A stretch of DNA of 64,000 nt from an uncultured virus (IMG/VR IMGVR_UViG_3300011240_000038) (Duplodnaviria > Heunggongvirae > Uroviricota > Caudoviricetes). Every line of letters starts with the position of its first letter. The first letter of the stretch is position 1. Shown here one piece after another: positions 49,519-58,506 of this stretch. The notes beneath the pieces were generated by a model, which saw only the letters and a program-made list of their open reading frames with translations, did no database searches and had not been told where the DNA came from. The position numbers and the translations under genes are program-made. The stretch lies in IMG/VR virus record IMGVR_UViG_3300011240_000038; one strand, given 5' to 3'.

Positions 49519-51936
49519 ATGGATTTTGATAGAAATATTGAGCATTTAGTTAATGCTATTGAAAGAGCTAGAGAAGAAAATATAAAAGTAAATTTGCTGG
49601 TTGGTGCAGGATGCTCAGTTAGTGCGGGAATACCACTCGCTGATGAAATAGTAAATGACTTAGAAGAAAGATATGAGGATGAAATTAAATGCATTGAGAT
49701 AAAAAACTATGGAGATTGTATGAGTAAACTTACACCGGTAGAAAGACGTAGGTTAATAAATAGTTATGTAAGTAACGCTAAAATAAATTGGGCTCATATA
49801 GGAATTGCAAATTTAGTGAAAAAGGGATATATAGACAGGGTATTAACTACAAATTTTGATAATATTATTCCTAAAGCATGTTCTTTAGTAGGAGAGTACC
49901 CTGGAATTTATGATTTAGCAATGTGCAAAGAATTTAGGTCAGATTTAATAAGTGAAAAGGCCATATTATATTTACATGGACAACATACCGGTTTTGTATT
50001 GTGTAATACAAAATCCGAAATAAAAGCTCAAAAGAGGAGATTAAGACCAATATTAAAAAACTTCAAAGAAAAGAGCATGTGGATAATTATTGGATATAGT
50101 TGTCAGAATGATGCTGTATGGGAAATATTAAGAGAAGAGAAGAGCTTTGACAATAGATTGTATTTAGTAGGATATAATGAAAATGATCCAAATGAAAATA
50201 TGAAAAAAATATTAGGTGAAGATAAGTATTCGTTTTATATTAGAGGATATGATGCGGATAGTTTTTTTATAGCACTTATGAAAAAATTAGATGAATTTCC
50301 ACCTAAAATAATAGAGAAACCGTTTTCTTATTTAGAGGAAACATTAAATGAAATTACACCATATAGTGATAATGAGTCATATTTTAAAGATGATGTGCAT
50401 ATAATAACAAAAGATATATTAAATGATGCTATAAGAGAATTTGAAGAGGATAAAGTAAAAATGGCTAAGTTTTATTATCAAATAAATATGCATAATAAGT
50501 TTACAGAAAAAATAAAAGAAATTGAAAATGACAACTCAAATAAGGAACTAATCAAAAAATTAAGTAAGGCTATTAAGGAAGTGGATTCTCAATTTATTGA
50601 TAAAATAGAAAAGTTTTTAAATGATGGTTATTGTATAGATGATGATAATATATTAGAAAAGTTAGAAGAGGCAGATATAGTTATAAGTTTAAATGCAGAT
50701 AACAGCAAGTGCTATGAATTGAGAAAGAAAATAGACTCCATGTATGATTGCATTGATGAGAAAAGATTTGATTCAAATAATATAATAAATAGATGCGATT
50801 TATTGATATATTTATACGAATATAATAAAACAGAAAAGGTTTTTTTAGAGAAGGCAGAAAAAATTTGTATTAAAAATAATGAAATATTTAGAAACAAATA
50901 TGCTTATGAAGTGCAGTTATGTCAAATTTACATTAGTTTTATAGATTGGTTTACTATAAATAAAGAAACTGAAAAACAGAAAATTTATATAGATAAGGTA
51001 TTAGTTATACTAGATTCAATAGAGAAGTTAGCGTATGATAATGAAAACATGATTGTAAATTTAGCAACATTATATATAAAGCTTATCAATTATGTTAATG
51101 AAAAGGACAAGGAAAATTATTTTAATAAAATTAATCTTTTATTTGAAAGTGCATATAAAATTAATAACAATCCTAATACTATATCTGTATGGGGACGGAG
51201 ATTAAATGATATAAGATTTGATGAATCATCAGAATTGGAGAATAAGCGAATACTAATTTCATTTGAAAAGCTAAAAAGCTCAATAGAAACTCAAAATGAT
51301 AATACTGATTATAATTTTATTATTTGGGTTGAAGTAATTATGCAAATTATATCTTTCAAAAGTACAGATGATTATTTAAAGTATATAGATATGTTTTTAG
51401 ATACTACAATTTCGAATCTAAATAAAATTAAAGTTGTTAGTTGTGAAGATATATTTAATACAATTGCATATAGGTTAATTAAAATTAATGAATTTAGAAT
51501 GTCCAGAAAAATATTGGATGAGGGATTAAATATAAATGGATTAGATCCATATTTAATTGCGACATTAGGATATTGGTACTATACTAATAAGGATATAGAT
51601 GAATACGAAGCTGAAGAAAAGGGTAAGTATAATTATGAAAAAGCTATAGACTTAGTAGAAGATGATAATGTAAGAGAAGCTTTTAGACTAAAATATAGGT
51701 TTGAGTATGGAAAGTTTATGATAACTAGAGAAAAAGATGTAGAAGAAGGTAAAAAAATTGTAATGGATATATTTAATGAAAAAGAGACTGAATTGAATAA
51801 GCAAGTGCTTTGGGAAGTTGAGTCTTTTATAATAGATAAAGGTTATATAAAAGAAATAGAGGAATGTAATAATATACATATAAAAGAAATAGTGGATAAT
51901 ACAAGAGAAGAATTAGTTGCTAGTGAAAAAATATAA
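49519..51936 (+). CDS. SIR2-domain protein with a long helical/TPR-like C-terminus (putative NADase defence effector)
   Basis: LLVGAGCSVSAGIP, TTNFD, YLHG, IGYS motifs; helical-repeat-like C-terminus. Confidence 0.85.
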   Translation: MDFDRNIEHLVNAIERAREENIKVNLLVGAGCSVSAGIPLADEIVNDLEERYEDEIKCIEIKNYGDCMSKLTPVERRRLINSYVSNAKINWAHIGIANLVKKGYIDRVLTTNFDNIIPKACSLVGEYPGIYDLAMCKEFRSDLISEKAILYLHGQHTGFVLCNTKSEIKAQKRRLRPILKNFKEKSMWIIIGYSCQNDAVWEILREEKSFDNRLYLVGYNENDPNENMKKILGEDKYSFYIRGYDADSFFIALMKKLDEFPPKIIEKPFSYLEETLNEITPYSDNESYFKDDVHIITKDILNDAIREFEEDKVKMAKFYYQINMHNKFTEKIKEIENDNSNKELIKKLSKAIKEVDSQFIDKIEKFLNDGYCIDDDNILEKLEEADIVISLNADNSKCYELRKKIDSMYDCIDEKRFDSNNIINRCDLLIYLYEYNKTEKVFLEKAEKICIKNNEIFRNKYAYEVQLCQIYISFIDWFTINKETEKQKIYIDKVLVILDSIEKLAYDNENMIVNLATLYIKLINYVNEKDKENYFNKINLLFESAYKINNNPNTISVWGRRLNDIRFDESSELENKRILISFEKLKSSIETQNDNTDYNFIIWVEVIMQIISFKSTDDYLKYIDMFLDTTISNLNKIKVVSCEDIFNTIAYRLIKINEFRMSRKILDEGLNINGLDPYLIATLGYWYYTNKDIDEYEAEEKGKYNYEKAIDLVEDDNVREAFRLKYRFEYGKFMITREKDVEEGKKIVMDIFNEKETELNKQVLWEVESFIIDKGYIKEIEECNNIHIKEIVDNTREELVASEKI

Positions 51937-51967
51937 GTATATAATATATGTAAGGGGGAATGATGTT

Positions 51968-52108
51968 ATGGATAAACAATTTATGAATAATAATGTTAAA
52001 CCTAATATAACTAGAAGTTTAAAAAATTTATTGCTAGAAAATGACAAGCTAATAAAGGTACAAAGGGTTAAGAAAAATGAACGTATAGCATCTAATAGAT
52101 CTGTATAA
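51968..52108 (+). CDS. Small basic protein (46 aa) downstream of the SIR2 gene
   Basis: AAGGGG RBS; lies before the terminator at ~52151-52194. Confidence 0.45.
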   Translation: MDKQFMNNNVKPNITRSLKNLLLENDKLIKVQRVKKNERIASNRSV

Positions 52109-52274
52109 TAAGCAGTAATATAAAAAATCTATTTTAGTATTATATTAAACAAAGGCTAGTAAGGAGAAAATCCTTATTTAGCCTTATTTTTTTATGAAAT
52201 TATAAATAGAAAGTGTAATTAATAGTAAAATAAATATATCAAATAAGTTGGCAGAACACTAGTAAAATCAGTGC

Positions 52275-52303
52275 TTGACGTGCCTTGAAGAGTGTGGTAC
52301 TAT
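52275..52303 (+). promoter_or_regulatory. SigA promoter
   Basis: TTGACG-17-TACTAT with a TG extension. Confidence 0.7.
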
Positions 52304-52360
52304 ATGCATGTAAAATGACATTAAGTTATTTATAAAATTTAATATAGAGGAGGTCTAATT

Positions 52361-52438
52361 ATGATATCAGAAAGAACTCTTTATGTGCTAGCGATAGCAT
52401 TGGCCCTTATGGCGCTTGCTATAGTTAAATTGGTATAA
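52361..52438 (+). CDS. 25-aa hydrophobic peptide (type I toxin-like)
   Basis: MISERTLYVLAIALALMALAIVKLV; AGGAGG RBS and own promoter. Confidence 0.6.
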   Translation: MISERTLYVLAIALALMALAIVKLV

Positions 52439-53065
52439 ACACTATAGTAAAACTTCAATGGCAAGCATTAAAAAAGAGATTTTCAATTTATATTCATTAT
52501 GTGGTGGAAAGATAATCCATGCTCCACCCATAAAGGATATAAGATATCATAACAAATAAGCTACAGAATCAATAGTAAATATATTAAATGATATCTGTAG
52601 TTGACCTCCTTTAAATACAGAGAAAGTAGTTGATTTCTTACAATTAAGAGTCTCAACTACTTTCTTTTTATTTACACTATGATTAATTAAATAACTTATA
52701 AGGATATATAATGATTGATATTTCAAGGGATTTAAGGAGTATTAGAATCAGTGTAAAATATATTAAAGATAGTATCTGTAGTTATATCTTTTGTTTAATA
52801 TCATCAAAAGCCGTGATAATTCTAAAATTATAATCATGATATTAGACAAAATATCAAGTATTCAGAATTTAAATAGATTTAATTAATAGAAAGTAAAAAT
52901 ATTAAAACTTAAATAAGCAAAGATGAGAATGAAGATCTTCATTGGTCTTATTTTGAACATATTTTGTTGAAAACTTTTAAATTACTAGGCAAAGTAATTT
53001 TAAAAATACTATTGAATACGTATTATACGTATGATATAATATAAATATAGGGAGGGGGTAAGATA

Positions 53066-53251
53066 TTGAATGCGAAACAGTTATTAAAAATAGCTAAAGA
53101 AAATGGTTGGCAAATCAAAAGTCAACAAGGGTCACACATTAAACTAATACATAAGGAATTAAATAAAACACTAATAATTCCTTATCATGGTACAAAAGAT
53201 ATACCAATAGGTACATTAAATGAAATTCTCAAGAGGTTAGGGCTTAAATAG
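53066..53251 (+). CDS. hicA: HicA toxin
   Basis: GW.IKSQQGSH, IPYHG.KDIPIGTL. Confidence 0.92.
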   Translation: MNAKQLLKIAKENGWQIKSQQGSHIKLIHKELNKTLIIPYHGTKDIPIGTLNEILKRLGLK

Positions 53252-53326
53252 CCCTAGCTAATGAGATTAATATATAGATTGTAATTTTAATAAATAAATA
53301 TATTAAATGTAAGGAGGAGATGGATC

Positions 53327-53728
53327 ATGTATAATGAAACTTTTATATATCCGGCGATAATTAAAAAAATAGGAGATAAGGACTATAATATAAGATTTAA
53401 AGACTTTGAGAATATAATAACTTATGGTGAAAGTATAGATGAAGCTTATGATATGGCTGAGGATGCATTAAAACTAGAGATATTTGATTTATATAGTGAT
53501 AAGTTAGAAATACCTATTGCTACAGATATAACAGATATAGAAGTTAAAAGTGATGAAACTTTAATATTAGTCAAAGTGAATCTGAAAAATATATTAAAAC
53601 AATATGATAATAAAGCAATAAAGAAGACATTGACCATACCATCATGGCTTAATAAGTTAGCAGAGGAGAAGAAAGTAAACTTCTCGCAAGTACTCCAGGA
53701 TGCATTGAAAAAGATACTAGATATTTAA
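53327..53728 (+). CDS. hicB: HicB antitoxin
   Basis: YPAI, TYGES..EA..MAEDAL, KKTLTIPSWLN, NFSQVLQ; TACGTA-TTA-TACGTA operator at ~53017-53031. Confidence 0.93.
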   Translation: MYNETFIYPAIIKKIGDKDYNIRFKDFENIITYGESIDEAYDMAEDALKLEIFDLYSDKLEIPIATDITDIEVKSDETLILVKVNLKNILKQYDNKAIKKTLTIPSWLNKLAEEKKVNFSQVLQDALKKILDI

Positions 53729-53745
53729 CCAAATAAAATATCAAA

Positions 53746-53872
53746 TTAAAAGGTAGAAAGCAATTGCAATATTACTTTCTACCTTATTTTTCTTTTGTAT
53801 AAGCACATAGTTGAGAGTGAACTCAAATAAATTATAGACACTTAGCATTAATTATATACATTAAATGTAAAA
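53746..53872 (+). repeat. ~125-bp imperfect direct repeat, copy 1 (includes a terminator)
   Basis: Matches 55128-55248. Confidence 0.8.
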
Positions 53873-54023
53873 TAATCAACAATTAGTTATATAAAATCAA
53901 TGATAATATTGGAAAGTTAGGTTCAAAAATAATCCTTTCATGTATATATAAGGAAAAATAAGTGCATTTATGTGATAATATAGTAGAACGTAATTTTAAA
54001 AATATAAAAAGGGGGATTAATCA

Positions 54024-54422
54024 ATGATTAATTTTAAGAAAAAATCCAAAAAAATAACTGCAATAACATTATTAACTTTAATTGCATTAGGAAGTTTTAC
54101 TACAGCATTTGGTTACAGTAGTAACTTTTCTGCATCATATCAGGTATATAATAATGGACGAGGATGTGTGGATGGTTCTAAAAATGGTATTTTTTACAAC
54201 CTAGCGAATAAAAGAACAACTTTATACGTTGATTCGAAATCAGGCTCTGGGACAGTAAATGCAGATCTTACAAGGGGGCTTGTTATACAGAAGTCTATTT
54301 CTTTTAGTGGTAGTCAATCTGCTTTCGCAATGGGAACAGTTCCAGCAGGGAAATATCATTTATTTATATCTGGAGGAACTCCAAATACTTATATAACTGT
54401 GAAAGGTAGAATTACTCAATAG
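54024..54422 (+). CDS. Secreted small beta-rich protein
   Basis: Basic N-terminus, hydrophobic core and TAFG/AFG cleavage-like site. Confidence 0.7.
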   Translation: MINFKKKSKKITAITLLTLIALGSFTTAFGYSSNFSASYQVYNNGRGCVDGSKNGIFYNLANKRTTLYVDSKSGSGTVNADLTRGLVIQKSISFSGSQSAFAMGTVPAGKYHLFISGGTPNTYITVKGRITQ

Positions 54423-54452
54423 AGTGTTCTAAATTGGGGAATATACTTTAAT

Positions 54453-55022
54453 ATGGAAATAGCAGGCATAATTATAGGTGGAAGATTACTCTTAATTTTC
54501 AGCATTATTATATTTATTATAATTAGAGCTATATTATTTATTAAAAACAAAAAATTTATATTAAAGAATGAAATATTATATATGATATTTTGTGTATATA
54601 TTATTTCTTTAATATCAGTTACACTTTTGCCGATACTTATATATTTTACACCACAAAATTACGCAGTTGAGACATCTATTAATTTAAATATATTCGATTT
54701 TATAAGCACATATAGTAATTCAAATAAATTATTGTTTTTCAAAAATACTATTGGAAATCTAATACTGTTAGTACCTTTAGGTATATTATTGCCATTATTA
54801 TGGAATAAAAAGTTCAAAAGTTTGAAAAAAGTAACTATAATAGGATTTTCAACATCTCTTATAATAGAAATACTGCAATATTTTGAAATATACTTTGGGG
54901 TAACAAGAGGGTATAGAGTATGTGATATTACAGATTTGATTTTTAATACTATTAGTATAATGTTAGGCTATATGATTTTTCAAATCTTATTTGATGATGA
55001 AAAGTTTATAATTTCAAAATAA
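54453..55022 (+). CDS. VanZ-family membrane protein
   Basis: GNLILLVPLG, SLIIEILQ, R.CDITDLIFNT. Confidence 0.88.
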   Translation: MEIAGIIIGGRLLLIFSIIIFIIIRAILFIKNKKFILKNEILYMIFCVYIISLISVTLLPILIYFTPQNYAVETSINLNIFDFISTYSNSNKLLFFKNTIGNLILLVPLGILLPLLWNKKFKSLKKVTIIGFSTSLIIEILQYFEIYFGVTRGYRVCDITDLIFNTISIMLGYMIFQILFDDEKFIISK

Positions 55023-55127
55023 AACTAGTAATTAAAAGTGTGATATATAATATAAAGGTAAGAACTTTAGATCCAAGACTTTACGTAGAATACACGGTGA
55101 AGTTTATTTATAATAATTAATTTAAAT

Positions 55128-55248
55128 TTAAAAGGTATAAAGCAATATAATATTACTTTATACCTTTTTTTCTTTTGTATAATCGCATGGTTTAAGATGT
55201 ATTTAAATTATAGACAGTTAATCCTCATTATATACATTAAATGTAAAA
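55128..55248 (+). repeat. ~125-bp imperfect direct repeat, copy 2
   Basis: Matches 53746-53872. Confidence 0.8.
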
Positions 55249-55309
55249 GTGTTAATCATAATAAAGTTCTTTTCTTATTTTGTAGAATCATTACTCAATT
55301 TCCTTAAGT

Positions 55310-55441
55310 TTATCTTCCTTTCAAAATGTGTAGAAGTTCTTCTTTGTTTGAATCTACTAACCTCAACAATGACTCTGTTACTAATCTAGATGTATCTGGT
55401 CCCATAGTGCCAGTTACATTTAACTTTCTTTTTTTCTTCAT
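55310..55441 (-). CDS. Small hypothetical protein (43 aa)
   Basis: GAGGTG RBS; MKKKRKLNVTGTMGPDTSRLVTESLLRLVDSNKEELLHILKGR. Confidence 0.55.
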   Translation of the reverse strand: MKKKRKLNVTGTMGPDTSRLVTESLLRLVDSNKEELLHILKGR

Positions 55442-55526
55442 TATAAATCACCTCATTTGAAAATATTGACAAAGTGTGAATATATTATACAATGTAAATA
55501 TAATAGAAAAGCATGGGGGTTATTTA

Positions 55527-55988
55527 ATGAAGAAAATATTTAGTTTATTATTATGTGCAATAATGATATTAGGTCTAGTTGGGTGTGGGGATAATGATAT
55601 GAGCTCAGAAAAAAAGCAATTAATAAAGCAATTTGAAGAGGGTGTTGAAGATTATAAAACCGCATTGGAATATTTTAAAAAAGATGATCATGAGAATAAA
55701 GGCAAATATTTAGATTTAGCTTTTGAAAAATTTAATGATATACTCAATATAACTAATGATGGTGATTTAACAGTACTTGATACTGGTTCAGAAAACTATA
55801 AATATTATTATGAACACTACTATTCAGGTAAACTTACAGAGATATATTCAAGCAATACAGATTTATATTTGGCTGATTACTATATGAGTTATGAACAACT
55901 TTTAGAAGAATGGAACAAAAATATAGATAATATGAATAATATTATTAAGGAATACAAAGAGACGAACAATAATGAAACTTCAAAATAG
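55527..55988 (+). CDS. Lipoprotein
   Basis: MKKIFSLLLCAIMILGLVG-C lipobox. Confidence 0.82.
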   Translation: MKKIFSLLLCAIMILGLVGCGDNDMSSEKKQLIKQFEEGVEDYKTALEYFKKDDHENKGKYLDLAFEKFNDILNITNDGDLTVLDTGSENYKYYYEHYYSGKLTEIYSSNTDLYLADYYMSYEQLLEEWNKNIDNMNNIIKEYKETNNNETSK

Positions 55989-56019
55989 TTGACTAGGGAA
56001 ACCTAGTCTTTTTTTATTT

Positions 56020-56048
56020 GAAGGAAATTTATGGGATATGTAGAATAG
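56020..56048 (+). promoter_or_regulatory. SigH-like promoter
   Basis: GAAGGAAAT-11-GTAGAATA matches RNAGGAWWW-N11/12-RNNGAAT. Confidence 0.6.
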
Positions 56049-56068
56049 TATATCGTAGAGGTGGTGTT

Positions 56069-56269
56069 ATGGAAGTTAAAAATAAACTTAAAGAGATACG
56101 TATGCGAGAGTATATGATGGATTCAGGAGAGTTTGCTAAATTTTTAGGAGTTCCAAGAAGTACATATTCACAATGGGAAACTGGAAATAATAATCCTACA
56201 TTAAATAAGGCTTTTGAAATTGCTGAAAAGTTAGAAAGAAAATTAGTGGATATATGGTATTCAGAGTAA
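56069..56269 (+). CDS. XRE HTH regulator
   Basis: NKLKEIR, FAKFLGV.RSTYSQWETG..NP. Confidence 0.88.
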   Translation: MEVKNKLKEIRMREYMMDSGEFAKFLGVPRSTYSQWETGNNNPTLNKAFEIAEKLERKLVDIWYSE

Positions 56270-56410
56270 TATCATATATCCTTATTTTTTATACATAAAA
56301 TTCTAAAAAAATAAAATAAATTCTAAAATATAGGAAACATTTTAAAAAAACAAGCATATAAATATATTAAGAAGTTAGAAAAATTTAGAAATATTTATAA
56401 GGAGATTGAT

Positions 56411-57277
56411 ATGATTCTAGGAATTGATGTAGGAAATTATAGTGTAAAAGTTAATCCAAACATTAACGTAAAAAGTTTAGTGAGTACAGAAGAAAACATT
56501 TTAGGATCAGGTATAGTTCTAGAATATGATAATAAAAAGTTTGTTATAGGTGAGGGGAGCTTTGAAACTGAACTAAATAAGAGTAGTAAGGAGAACTTTC
56601 TACCAATGTTATACACAGGCATTGCATTAGCAAGTGAAGATGTGTTTAATCAAGTTGTTTGTGGATTGCCAATTAACCAATACAAGGCGAATAAAGATGC
56701 ACTTGAGAGAATGGTTAATGAAAACAAGATGAAAACAGTAAAACTAAATGGTAAGTCTAGAGAAATAGTAATTTCTGAGTTTAAAGTTTATCCAGAAGGA
56801 ATAGGAGCTTATTACAGTTTATCTACTAATGAAGATGTAATTATAGTTGATATAGGTGGAAGAACTACTGATATAGCGTATATATGTGATAAAAAGCACC
56901 ACACGAGCTCTACTGTGGCAGTAGGAACACTTAATATATATAAATCTATATGTGATAGGTTAAACGGTGAGCATAGCTTAGATTTGGACTTACAAATGGT
57001 AGATAGAATTATTCAAAAGGCTTCACTTAAAGTGGATAATAAAGAAGTTGATTTAAGATTTATAACGGAAATTCTTAAAGAAAATTTTATGAAAATTAAA
57101 CAGGATTTAGATTTCAAGTTCCCAGCTAGAACTGAAAGAATAATATTAGTTGGTGGTGGAGCTAAGTTGTTTAGCAGGGCATTTGCTAAAAGATATTCTA
57201 ACTTTGAAATAGCAGATAATCCTTTATATGCTAATGCGATTGGATTTAAAAAGGTAGGTGAAAGTTTATGGCAATAA
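56411..57277 (+). CDS. parM: ParM/StbA-family actin-like protein
   Basis: GIDVGNYSVK, GLP, PEGIGA, VDIGGRTTD, VGGGA, ANAIG. Confidence 0.9.
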   Translation: MILGIDVGNYSVKVNPNINVKSLVSTEENILGSGIVLEYDNKKFVIGEGSFETELNKSSKENFLPMLYTGIALASEDVFNQVVCGLPINQYKANKDALERMVNENKMKTVKLNGKSREIVISEFKVYPEGIGAYYSLSTNEDVIIVDIGGRTTDIAYICDKKHHTSSTVAVGTLNIYKSICDRLNGEHSLDLDLQMVDRIIQKASLKVDNKEVDLRFITEILKENFMKIKQDLDFKFPARTERIILVGGGAKLFSRAFAKRYSNFEIADNPLYANAIGFKKVGESLWQ

Positions 57278-57471
57278 AACCAATAACCATAAGTTTTAAA
57301 AATAATGCAGAAGATAAAGAATTGAATTTATGGATAAATAGCCATAGCAATTACAGTGGATTCATAAAAGACTTATTAAGAAAGGCTATGCATGAGGAAA
57401 GAAAAGAAGGTGGAGAAGTTATAAAAAAGCAGGTTGGATCTAGCAATTTGATAGATTTAGGGGATTTTTAA
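57268..57471 (+). CDS. Small ribbon-helix-helix (ParR-like) protein
   Basis: ISFK..ED.EL..WI...SGFIKDLLR; overlaps the parM stop. Confidence 0.7.
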   Translation: MAIKPITISFKNNAEDKELNLWINSHSNYSGFIKDLLRKAMHEERKEGGEVIKKQVGSSNLIDLGDF

Positions 57472-57636
57472 ATAAAAAATAGCCTAAATCCAAATGGGTA
57501 GACTTAGGCTAGGAAGCTTAAGCATGCACTCCAGCGTCTACTCTACGCTTTCGCTTCATACTTCAGCGTATGCTATAAATTTTGAAATGATAACTATTTT
57601 AGCTCCAAATATTCAAAGTTTACAAAATGTTAAAAA

Positions 57637-57711
57637 TTAGAAAATAACTGCAGCACAAACAACCGCATAACAAATAAGGTAACCACATGTAATTGCAAAT
57701 GGAATAGTCAT
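57637..57711 (-). CDS. 24-aa hydrophobic peptide
   Basis: GGAGGTG RBS; MTIPFAITCGYLICYAVVCAAVIF; minus-strand terminator at ~57473-57510. Confidence 0.55.
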   Translation of the reverse strand: MTIPFAITCGYLICYAVVCAAVIF

Positions 57712-57788
57712 ATAAAACACCTCCGATAAAATTTATTAAGTATTAATATCATTAACAAGATTCAATTAATTATTCAGGAGGATCTATT

Positions 57789-58193
57789 ATGTTAAATAAA
57801 AAAAAGGTTTATTCGATTCAAGAATTTATTCAATACTTGGATGAAAAAAACATTAAAAAGACAGATAAACAAGTAGGGATATTATTGAAAGATAGAAAAT
57901 TTAAGCCTATATTAGTTGCAGTAACAGGAAATTTATTACACTATAGTGTAGCGTTAGCGGATGCATCTTCAGCTACGGGGAAAATTAGTGTTGCTGGTAA
58001 TACCATATTTGGTATATGTAAAGAAGCTGCATTCTGGATATGTTTGATTATGTGTGCTATAGAAATAGTAAAAGCATTGATGAATGGGGATACGAAGAGT
58101 GTTAGTAAAGTTATAGCAAAATATATAGTAGCATATGGAGCTATATATCTTTTACCATGGTCATTCAATCTTATAAAAGATATATTTGGTTAG
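57789..58193 (+). CDS. Membrane protein, pilin (TrbC/VirB2)-like topology
   Basis: VALA cleavage-like site followed by two hydrophobic helices. Confidence 0.55.
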   Translation: MLNKKKVYSIQEFIQYLDEKNIKKTDKQVGILLKDRKFKPILVAVTGNLLHYSVALADASSATGKISVAGNTIFGICKEAAFWICLIMCAIEIVKALMNGDTKSVSKVIAKYIVAYGAIYLLPWSFNLIKDIFG

Positions 58194-58205
58194 GAGGTAT
58201 GAACT

Positions 58206-58502
58206 ATGATTAGTTACACTATTTCTGAATTTTTAGCAGTAATTGAACCAGCGGATAAAATTTCTTATATGGATGCAATAAAAAATATAGGGACTTTTTT
58301 CAGTTATCTTTTACACCCAAGTAAAATATTATTATTGTTATGGAATTGGACATTTGAATTATCGTATTTTATATGTTTACTTATTGCTTTATATGGTTTT
58401 TTTATGGTGATGACAGGGGATAAAAGTAAAAGAAAATATTTAAGTGGTTCTCTAATAACTTATTTTTTTATTAATATTATTAACTATATAATTATGGGGT
58501 GA
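58206..58502 (+). CDS. Small membrane protein
   Basis: Two TM segments; AGGAGG RBS. Confidence 0.65.
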   Translation: MISYTISEFLAVIEPADKISYMDAIKNIGTFFSYLLHPSKILLLLWNWTFELSYFICLLIALYGFFMVMTGDKSKRKYLSGSLITYFFINIINYIIMG

Positions 58503-58506
58503 TTAC

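Noticed and set aside
49519..52108. Arbitrium-like receptor/peptide pair
   Set aside because: The large protein has a SIR2 rather than a DNA-binding N-terminus, and the small ORF has no signal peptide.
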